Assembly: GCA_030040955.1 (NCBI GenBank)
Contig: JASHSH010000365.1
Span: 1-27,442, forward strand
Origin: Rhodospirillales bacterium
GTDB taxonomy: Bacteria; Pseudomonadota; Alphaproteobacteria; Rhodospirillales; Magnetospirillaceae
Direction of reading: 5' to 3'
Length of the DNA: 27,442 bases
In this document: positions 9,128 to 16,438 of the stretch, piece by piece
Layout of the letters: each line of letters begins with the position of its first letter
How positions within the stretch are numbered: the first letter of the stretch is position 1
Translations under genes and position numbers: made by a program
Notes under the pieces: model-generated
Databases searched by the model: none
Seen by the model: the letters and a program-made list of their open reading frames with translations, nothing else
What the model was told of the DNA's origin: nothing

Positions 9128-10876
9128 TCAGGCCCCGCCGGGCGGCGCGACCGCGAACGGCTCGGGCTGCATGCCCCGGCACGCGCGCTCCCACATCCGC
9201 GCGTAGGCCGCCTCGATGCCGCGCGCGAACCGGGGCGTGTCGAACAGCGGCAGCGACAGACGATCCCGTCGCAGCCCATCCCGGATGGCGGCCAACCTCG
9301 CCGGATCCGCGGCCAGAGACATCGCCAGCGATTCGTATTCTTGCGGCGATCGCGTCACCAGCTCGCCGAGGCCGGCGGCGTGCAGCAAGCTCGCGCCCAC
9401 CCGGCCGGCGAAGGTTTCCCCGAGGCAGGTGATCGCGGGCAATCCCGCCCACAGCGCGTCGCTCATCGTCGTATGGGCGCCGTAGGGGAGCGTGTCCAGG
9501 AACAGATCCGCGAGTCGATGCCGGGCGAGGTGTGCGGGCAGTTCCGTGCGCGGCGCGAAAACCACGCGCGCCGGATCGACCTCCCGAGCGCTGGCCTCGC
9601 GCCGCAAATTGGCCCGTACCTGATCGAGCAAATCGGGCGCGGCCGAGTCGAGCAGCCAGAGCACGCTTTCCGGGACCGCGCGAAGCAGCCGCATCCATAT
9701 CGCGAAGAATTCGGGCGTGAGCTTGACCGGCGCGTTGAAGCAGCAAAATACGAATCCTCGTTCCGGCAATCCGCATTCGACGCGGGTCGGCACGCGTTCC
9801 GCGATCGGGCGCATCCTGTCGTTCGGCTGATAGCAATGCGGCAGCTGCACGATCCGTTCGGAAAAATTGCGCTGCTCGGTTATCGGCAGGAGGTGGCGAT
9901 CCGCGAGCACGTAATCGATCCAGTCGGCGCCCGTCGTGCCCGGATAGCCGAGATAGGCGACCTGAATCGGCGCCGGATGTCGGCGCAAGATGTCCATCGC
10001 GTTCGGTTCCATATGCCCCATCAGATCGATGGCGATGTCCACGCCATCGGCGCGGATGCGCGCCGCCGCATCCGCTGCCGGAAGGCCGCCGATATCGACG
10101 AAGTCATCGACGCCCGAGCGCATGCGCGCGCGCATCGGTCCATCGTCGTCGGGGCCGATGGAATAGGCACGGACCTCGAAGCGGCCGCGATCGTGGCGCT
10201 CGAACAGCTCGGCGATGAGAAATGCGACGGCGTGCTCGCGGAAAGTGCCGGACACATAGCCGAGGCGAATGCGCCCGTTCTCCCGCGCGCGCAAGGACGG
10301 ACCAGCAATTGCGCGCAGACCGAGGGAATCAATCTGACGGCGCGCGCAGATATACTGGTCTCTCGACGTCGAGCGGAGGAACAGCAAGATCGTTGGCCGC
10401 AGGCAGGCGCCGCGCTCCCGCACCGCTTCGATAACCTCCTGTTCGTCGGCTTCGACGCGCGACCAATCGCAAACCGAGCGGTTCGCAATCGCCCGCTCCC
10501 CCAGCGCATCGCCATAGCAGGAGCGATGCGCCGCGGAGGCGACCGCCTGGGAATTGATGGCGAGCGCCTTGGCGTATTCGCCCAGCGCCTGGTCGCGCCG
10601 GCCGAGGCGGAACAGGGCATCGCCCAACCCGACCAGTGCCGCGGCGTCGCGCGGTTCCAGCTCGTGCGCGCGCAGGTACAGCGCGCCCGCCTCGACGAAG
10701 TTTCCCTTGCGCCACCGGCCTTCGGCGAGCGCGCGACACTCCGCCGCCGATCGGGGCTCGTGTGGCGGAGACGTCTCGGAGACCGCGACGGATCCGTCCA
10801 TGGCTCGCCGCGGTTCTTCCGCCGAATTCGGACCGGCGGCCATAAGACCCTTCAATTTTCCAAGCAGCGATGGCAC
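9128..10876 (-). CDS. GT41 O-GlcNAc transferase/SPINDLY-like glycosyltransferase with a short TPR region
   Basis: Motifs LGYVSGTFREHAV, DIAIDLMGH, PAPIQVAYLGYPGTTG, FNAPVKL and DLFLDTLPYGAHTTMSDALWAG. The GTG start has GAGG upstream. Confidence 0.9.
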   Translation of the reverse strand: MPSLLGKLKGLMAAGPNSAEEPRRAMDGSVAVSETSPPHEPRSAAECRALAEGRWRKGNFVEAGALYLRAHELEPRDAAALVGLGDALFRLGRRDQALGEYAKALAINSQAVASAAHRSCYGDALGERAIANRSVCDWSRVEADEQEVIEAVRERGACLRPTILLFLRSTSRDQYICARRQIDSLGLRAIAGPSLRARENGRIRLGYVSGTFREHAVAFLIAELFERHDRGRFEVRAYSIGPDDDGPMRARMRSGVDDFVDIGGLPAADAAARIRADGVDIAIDLMGHMEPNAMDILRRHPAPIQVAYLGYPGTTGADWIDYVLADRHLLPITEQRNFSERIVQLPHCYQPNDRMRPIAERVPTRVECGLPERGFVFCCFNAPVKLTPEFFAIWMRLLRAVPESVLWLLDSAAPDLLDQVRANLRREASAREVDPARVVFAPRTELPAHLARHRLADLFLDTLPYGAHTTMSDALWAGLPAITCLGETFAGRVGASLLHAAGLGELVTRSPQEYESLAMSLAADPARLAAIRDGLRRDRLSLPLFDTPRFARGIEAAYARMWERACRGMQPEPFAVAPPGGA

Positions 10877-10908
10877 TCGTTTCCTCGAGGTCCGACGTTG
10901 TCAGCGCG

Positions 10909-11880
10909 CTAAAGGTCACCGATGGCGATTCGTGACGCAGAAAGGACGGCGGTTTCCCGAATCGCCGAACGGAGGTAATCGACCTGATCGCGGCGGCAAA
11001 ATATCTCGAAGCCATGCTCCTCGACCTCGCGTCGGCGGGCATCGGAGCGAACAAGATCCACGCAGGCGGCGACCAGGCGGTCCAGCGGTACGTCGACGAT
11101 CGCTTGGCGAACATCCGGCTCAACGTCCGTGCCGGGATAGCATTCGCTTACCACGACTTTTCGGTTCGCCAGCGGATAGGAGGTTCGCACGATCTCGTGA
11201 ATCAGACTGTCGTGAAACTGAATATTGACGACGACCTTGGATCGCGCAATCCAAGCGTCGCGGACGGCGCCATATGCGCCGTACAGACCGCGCACGCGAA
11301 GGCCGGCCTGTTGAAGCGCGAGCAGCACCATCCTGCGCCGGTCGTTGATCGAGCCATAGAAGAGCACGTCGACGTCCTGCTCGGGAACGGGCTCGATGCG
11401 CCGGAGCTGCGGAACATATCCGATGCGCAGAATTCGGACACCGTCGTGCCCTAGTTCATCTCTCCAAATCGAGGCATTTCGCGGGCTGTAGTCCCAGAGC
11501 GGGAATCCGCGCGTCAGCTCCAGGTACTCGGGGAGTCGGCCTTGCGAAGCCGGTCGGTCCATTGGCTCCAGATTGCAGATGACGGAGTTCGGCGGCAGCC
11601 GCAGGGGTTGTCCGACAAACGTGAGAAGATGCGCACCAAATACCAGGTTGATGCCTTCTCCGACGAGGGGCTCATTGACCGCGAAGTCGGTGGTCGCCCC
11701 GAGCGAGGGGAACGCACTCCGCAAGGCGAGAATCAGCTCGGCGAACGCACCGGTGTGCGGGTTGGTCGGCGGCTGGACAAGCAGCAGACGCACGCGCCTC
11801 CACGCCTCCGGGAGGACGAATTCCTCCGCCGGAGGGACCTCCGCGGACTTGACCTCGCCTGCGGTCCGCCACCAAGCCAC
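10909..11880 (-). CDS. putative GT-B-fold glycosyltransferase-like protein (CgeB/Glyco_trans_1_2-like C-terminus)
   Basis: DVLFYGSINDRR...YGAVRDAWIARSKVVVNIQFH...EIVRTSYPLANRKVVVSE. GTG 11880 lies 1 nt after the rfbD stop; GTG 11904 is an alternative start. Confidence 0.65.
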   Translation of the reverse strand: MAWWRTAGEVKSAEVPPAEEFVLPEAWRRVRLLLVQPPTNPHTGAFAELILALRSAFPSLGATTDFAVNEPLVGEGINLVFGAHLLTFVGQPLRLPPNSVICNLEPMDRPASQGRLPEYLELTRGFPLWDYSPRNASIWRDELGHDGVRILRIGYVPQLRRIEPVPEQDVDVLFYGSINDRRRMVLLALQQAGLRVRGLYGAYGAVRDAWIARSKVVVNIQFHDSLIHEIVRTSYPLANRKVVVSECYPGTDVEPDVRQAIVDVPLDRLVAACVDLVRSDARRREVEEHGFEIFCRRDQVDYLRSAIRETAVLSASRIAIGDL

Positions 11881-11881
11881 G

Positions 11882-12808
11882 CTAGCACTTGGACATCGCG
11901 GCACCGTCTCGGCTTGGGCGCGCGGTTTGACGAATTGCCTTCAAATATTCGTCGACCATCCTGGACAGCGAATCCCGCCAGGGCGGAGCATGGATGCCGA
12001 AGACTCGCGCGATCTTCCCGCAGTCGAGCCTCGAGTCCGCCGGTCGGCGCGCATGGGTTGGCATGTCCGCCGTTCCGACGCGGATCACCCTGGGTCGGCG
12101 CAAACCGAACGAGGCGGCACGCTCGAAAATGGCCTCGGCATATTCCGCTCGGCTCACGCCGCCGTCGCCGCAAAAATGATATGTGCCCCAGGCTCGACTG
12201 CCGGCGGCGAGCGCGGCGGCGAGGCGGACCAACGCGCCGGCGAGGTCGCGCGCCCAGGTCGGCGAGCCGTGCTGATCCCCGACCACGCGCATTTCGTCGC
12301 GCGTTTCGGCGAGACCGAGCATGGTGCGGACGAAGTTCGTCGTCGAATCGCCGTATACCCAGGAAGTGCGCAGCACGATGTGCCGTAACGCGGCCTCGCG
12401 CACCGCACGTTCGCCGGCCTCTTTGCTCGCCCCGTACACGGATAGCGGCGCGACCCTGTCGTCCTCGACATAGGGGGCGCCCTTGGCGCCATCGAAGACA
12501 TAGTCCGTCGAGAAATGAATCAGCGGGATGCCGAGTTCGGCGCTCGCCCGCCCGAGATTTGCCGGCCCCTGTGCATTGACCGCGTATGCGCGATCCCGTT
12601 CGCTCTCGGCGCGATCGACGGCCGTGTAGGCGGCGAGATTGACGATGAGGTCCGGCGATTCTCTGCGGGCGACCGCCGTCACCGCGTCAGCCTCCACAAT
12701 ATCCAGCGCGGCGTGGTCCAGGCCGATCACGGTCCACTCGCCCGGCCACGCGGCGGACATAGCCTCGCGCCCGATCAAGCCGGCGGCGCCGGCGATCAGC
12801 ACTCTCAT
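11882..12808 (-). CDS. rfbD: dTDP-4-dehydrorhamnose reductase
   Basis: GAAGLIG Rossmann motif, NLAAYTAVDRAE, STDYVFDG, YGASK (YxxxK), LRTSWVYG, DQHGSPT and RPADSRLD all match RmlD. Confidence 0.95.
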   Translation of the reverse strand: MRVLIAGAAGLIGREAMSAAWPGEWTVIGLDHAALDIVEADAVTAVARRESPDLIVNLAAYTAVDRAESERDRAYAVNAQGPANLGRASAELGIPLIHFSTDYVFDGAKGAPYVEDDRVAPLSVYGASKEAGERAVREAALRHIVLRTSWVYGDSTTNFVRTMLGLAETRDEMRVVGDQHGSPTWARDLAGALVRLAAALAAGSRAWGTYHFCGDGGVSRAEYAEAIFERAASFGLRRPRVIRVGTADMPTHARRPADSRLDCGKIARVFGIHAPPWRDSLSRMVDEYLKAIRQTARPSRDGAAMSKC

Positions 12809-12912
12809 GGCCCAATCACGCTCGCCTCGCCATCATTCAGCGCCGAACAATATCAGCGCCCCGGCGAACGAGGATAGCCAAAACTCGGACCGACCGTCTT
12901 GCCCGGCTTGGC

Positions 12913-14328
12913 GTGGGATTGGCGATGCGGGATGATGCCGGGGCGGCATGTCGTGTCGGCACGCGATCGGGCGAAGTACAGGGGACGGGCTTGGCGGCGG
13001 ACGACTACTACGAAGGCCTCAATCACCAGCTGCTCGAAGCGATACCTCCGTCGAGCAAGGTGCTGGAGTTGGGCTGCGGCGCGGGTCGATTGGGGGAGCA
13101 ATACAAGGCGCTGAACCCGTCGGTCATCTGGAACGGCGTCGACATTCACGGACCAGCCCTGAAGCTCGCCGCCGCTCGTCTGGACCGCGTTTGGCAGGCC
13201 GATCTCGATAGCGTCAGACTGGAGAAATTCGGGGACGATTACGATTGTGTGGTCGCCGGGGATGTTCTTGAGCACATCAAGGAACCCGAGCGCCTTCTTC
13301 TACAACTCCGCGAAATTACGGTGCCTTGGGCACATTTGGTTCTCTGTATACCCAATATGTCCCACATCTCGGTAATCGAGCGTCTGCTGCTCGGAGATCT
13401 CTGCTACGACGATCAGGGTCTTCTCGACCGAACCCATCTGAGATTTTTCTCCCGCGGCTCGCTGTTCAAGCTGCTGCTGGATTGCGGTTGGCTGCCGGAC
13501 CTCAAGGACCGAATCCTGGCCAGACACATGAATGGCGATCTGGCTGTCCGCCTGGTGGATAGCGCGGTCGAACTGGGCGCCTCGCCGGAGACGGCGAAGG
13601 GGATATTGTTCACCTTCCAGATGATCGTGGACTGCGTCCGAAGCGAACAGAGCGTATCTAGCGCCTCGGCCACCGTAAGCACCATCGTACCGGTCAACAA
13701 CGAATTGCAGCTCTCCCTGAATGTCGCCCGCTCGCCAGGGTTGGTCGAAATCGGCTCGGAACTGGTTACCTATGAGGGTGCCACAAGCGCGGCGGATGCG
13801 TTCGACTGGGCCCGCGTCCGCGCCAGCGGGGAATGGCTGCTGTACTGCCACCAGGACGTCTACCTTCCGGCCGGCTCGGGTCGGCTTCTCGTCGACATTT
13901 TGGACAAAATTCCGCGGGCGGAGCGCCCCCGCACCTTGATCGGATTCGTAGGCTTCGGCACCGAGTCGCTCGAGGACCCGTTTAGGCACGCGTTCGCGTC
14001 GGGACTGGTGATCGACCGGACGCGTCGCTTGGATTGGCCGGCGACTGATGTCGCGGTATCCATCGACGAGCTGGCCATCGTCGCGCATCGGGACAATCCC
14101 ATCCGCATCGATCCTTCACTGGGCTGGCACGCCTGGGCCACCGATCTGTGCTTGGCGGGGATCGTCGCCACTCCCCCTCGCTACACGAGGATCGTGCGCG
14201 TGCCGATTTTTCATAATTCGCTCAGCAACAACGAAGTATCCCAGGACTTCCGCGAGAGCGGCGCCAAGGTCGTGGCGAAATACCCACAATTTCGCGGGAT
14301 CAAATCGCTATGCGGCCGCCTGGGATAA
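12913..14328 (+). CDS. class I SAM-dependent methyltransferase fused to a GT2-like domain
   Basis: N-terminal VLELGCGAG, GDVLEH, PN and GLLDRTHLRFF. The C-terminal STIVPVNN...LLYCHQDVYLP resembles Glyco_tranf_2_5-type domains. The start is GTG 12913 or ATG 12925. Confidence 0.8.
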   Translation: MGLAMRDDAGAACRVGTRSGEVQGTGLAADDYYEGLNHQLLEAIPPSSKVLELGCGAGRLGEQYKALNPSVIWNGVDIHGPALKLAAARLDRVWQADLDSVRLEKFGDDYDCVVAGDVLEHIKEPERLLLQLREITVPWAHLVLCIPNMSHISVIERLLLGDLCYDDQGLLDRTHLRFFSRGSLFKLLLDCGWLPDLKDRILARHMNGDLAVRLVDSAVELGASPETAKGILFTFQMIVDCVRSEQSVSSASATVSTIVPVNNELQLSLNVARSPGLVEIGSELVTYEGATSAADAFDWARVRASGEWLLYCHQDVYLPAGSGRLLVDILDKIPRAERPRTLIGFVGFGTESLEDPFRHAFASGLVIDRTRRLDWPATDVAVSIDELAIVAHRDNPIRIDPSLGWHAWATDLCLAGIVATPPRYTRIVRVPIFHNSLSNNEVSQDFRESGAKVVAKYPQFRGIKSLCGRLG

Positions 14329-14364
14329 ACACGGAGGCGGCACCTAGGAGAGCGGCGTCGTCTT

Positions 14365-15330
14365 CTAGCCGCGATAACGCGCGAGCACTCCTTTGACAGC
14401 GGTCTCGAATGCGTCGCGACCGAAGTACTTCTGGGCAGCGATCCGTAAGCGAGCGCGGATCCCAAGGTCATTCCATTGTCGATCGAATTGCTCGAATCGA
14501 GCCGGGAATCCGTTCACATCCTCCGGATCGAAGAGCAATAGATCAGGCATAAGTTCCTTCAATTCGCGGTGCGCCGGAATATCGCTAAGCAACACCGGTC
14601 GCCCCAAGAGCATCGATTCGATCGCCGAAAGATTCTGGGCCTCGGATACGGCCGCGCTGATCAGGCCCCTCGATTTTTGAATAATCGAGATGGCATCGTC
14701 ATGAGGGACCTGGCCGACGAATTTGTGGAACGAGCTGGTAAGGCCGCTGGGCGCCTTGGCGCCCACGAAATATATCCTCGGAGTTACTGGAAGGTGGTTC
14801 AGCAATCGCAAAAGGCGGTCCTGCCCTTTTTGCTTGTTCCAGTACCCACTGCAAACATAGTATTTTTCGGGGCCGACGGTATCCGTCGAATTGGGGACCT
14901 CGACCCAATTTCTTAGCTGCAGGCGGGTCGTATCCGGTATCCACGCCGCGAACTCGTCGACTTGAAATCGGGATGGGAAGCCGGCGAACTTTAGCTCTCT
15001 CAACTGAAACCTGCCCGGTGCCGTGCGCATGACTTCGAAGAAGTACGCGGACTCGTGAATCCAGGCAAAGATCCGGTCCGCGCTCAAAGCTAGTTTCATG
15101 GCCAAGGGCACACTCACGACTGTATTGGCGACGATCAGCTCGGCGTCGCGCGCGCGCGAAATGTTGCACGGGGTCACTCCAAGCGCGCTGAACTCCTGCG
15201 CGAGCGGACCGCCTTTCAGCGAAATCAGCTCGACCGCGTGGCCCATCGTCCGGAGCGTCCTGGCTAATTGCAGCAGCGCGATCGGCGCACCCGAAAAATC
15301 GAGCTGATGGGATATGAGGACAATCCTCAT
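14365..15330 (-). CDS. GT4-family glycosyltransferase
   Basis: MRIVLISHQLDFSGAPIALLQLA, IVANTV, WIHES, KGQDRLL and SEAQNLSAIESMLLGRPVLLSDIPAHRE (EX7E-type motif). Confidence 0.85.
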   Translation of the reverse strand: MRIVLISHQLDFSGAPIALLQLARTLRTMGHAVELISLKGGPLAQEFSALGVTPCNISRARDAELIVANTVVSVPLAMKLALSADRIFAWIHESAYFFEVMRTAPGRFQLRELKFAGFPSRFQVDEFAAWIPDTTRLQLRNWVEVPNSTDTVGPEKYYVCSGYWNKQKGQDRLLRLLNHLPVTPRIYFVGAKAPSGLTSSFHKFVGQVPHDDAISIIQKSRGLISAAVSEAQNLSAIESMLLGRPVLLSDIPAHRELKELMPDLLLFDPEDVNGFPARFEQFDRQWNDLGIRARLRIAAQKYFGRDAFETAVKGVLARYRG

Positions 15331-16238
15331 ACGTGACGGGGCGGCCCCCCGACGGCGGGACGGCGGCTCTCAGGACCGCGTAAATACGCTGCGTAGCCAT
15401 GGGCGTGCTTCCCCCTGGCGAAGCGCGGGAGTTGGTCCGAATCGATGAATCCGCACCGCCAGGCGACCTCTCCGCTGCGTTCGATATCGAGGCCCTTCCG
15501 ATCCTCGGTCATACGCGCGAAAGCGCCGAATTCAGACAGCGCGCGCGGCGTTCCGGTATCGAGCCCGGGATCGCCAGGCTTGAGCATTTCGACCGTCATC
15601 TCGCCGCGCCTCGGATAGGTTTGATATACGTCGGCGATTTCAAGCTCACCGCGCGCAAAGGAATGCGACGCTGAAGCGAGATCGACCGCTCGCGGGTCGT
15701 ACAAGGAGCGGCACGTCGGAGCCCGGTTCGAACGCGGCCGGGCCCGCTTCTCCAAGATCTCGGCCGCACGGTCGCGTTCTTTGAGCAGGATTGCGCCGTA
15801 GCTGTGCGGAACGCCCACCCGATATGCGAATTCGGTCGTCGTTCCTGGCCACGCTGCGAAGTTCGCCAATCGGTCGCTAAACTGTGCGCCGAAGAACACG
15901 TTCGAGCCCGGTGTCGGCGCGCGGCTATTCGCCCCAATGAGCGACCGACAGACTAGAAAGGCGTCGGCCGAACTCCCGAGCTCGCCCGGCTCGGCATAGG
16001 ACGGATCGAGGCCCCGGTGGGGGGCGGTACGGAAAAACCAACGAAATAAAGGCAGATTCCGCAGCGTCGCGACGATCCGAATTCGTCGGATACCGACCAG
16101 CATCGACGTGATGAGCAGATACAGGAATGCTGGTCTGTCGTGAACCGGTAGTTCCCACATACAGATCAGCGGGGCGGCGTGATTGAGGTGAGAATCCGAT
16201 CTGCCCGCCCGGACGACCCTCTTCCACGCTTCGGCCAT
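15327..16238 (-). pseudogene. rfbA: full-length but degenerate glucose-1-phosphate thymidylyltransferase (RmlA-like pseudoenzyme or decaying gene with an intact frame)
   Basis: It is colinear with RmlA over about 300 aa (MLVGIRRI, ADAFL, FAYRV...YG, ARGELEIAD, LDTGT, GFID). Key motifs are altered: LAGGSGTRL becomes RAGRSDSHL, SKQLLP becomes CMWELP and LGDN becomes PGSN. There is no internal stop or frameshift. Confidence 0.8.
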
Positions 16239-16333
16239 CGACCCGCGTTTCCCGCCACGTTCAACTCTCGGGCTGAACATAGTATCTTCGCATGCTGCTG
16301 TCATGAGTTCGTCGGCGAATCGGAGCGAAGCGA

Positions 16334-16362
16334 ACACTACGGCCGCTGTAGAATTGACGCAA
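16334..16362 (-). promoter_or_regulatory. sigma70-type promoter candidate for the degenerate rmlA-GT4 pair
   Basis: The minus strand reads TTGCGT-N17-TAGTGT in the divergent intergenic region. Confidence 0.35.
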
Positions 16363-16400
16363 AGGATATGCGCGCTTGTTCGAATTGATCCGACGCGGTC

Positions 16401-16422
16401 TCGTGCAGTTGATCCTGCACGA
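16401..16422. repeat. perfect 8-bp inverted repeat
   Basis: TCGTGCAG-ttgatc-CTGCACGA, ending 16 nt before ATG 16439. Confidence 0.55.
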
Positions 16423-16438
16423 TCGTTCCAGCCCCGAA

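Noticed and set aside
7645-10912. Long plus-strand ORFs (595 aa and 606 aa) and other Arg/Ala/Pro-rich ORFs across the window
   Set aside because: They overlap well-supported genes on the opposite strand and have the low-complexity composition typical of off-frame high-GC sequence.
16385-16422. FNR/FixK box suggested by TTGAT half-sites (also checked at 18263-18377 and 26172-26246)
   Set aside because: No TTGAT-N4-ATCAA second half-site is present.
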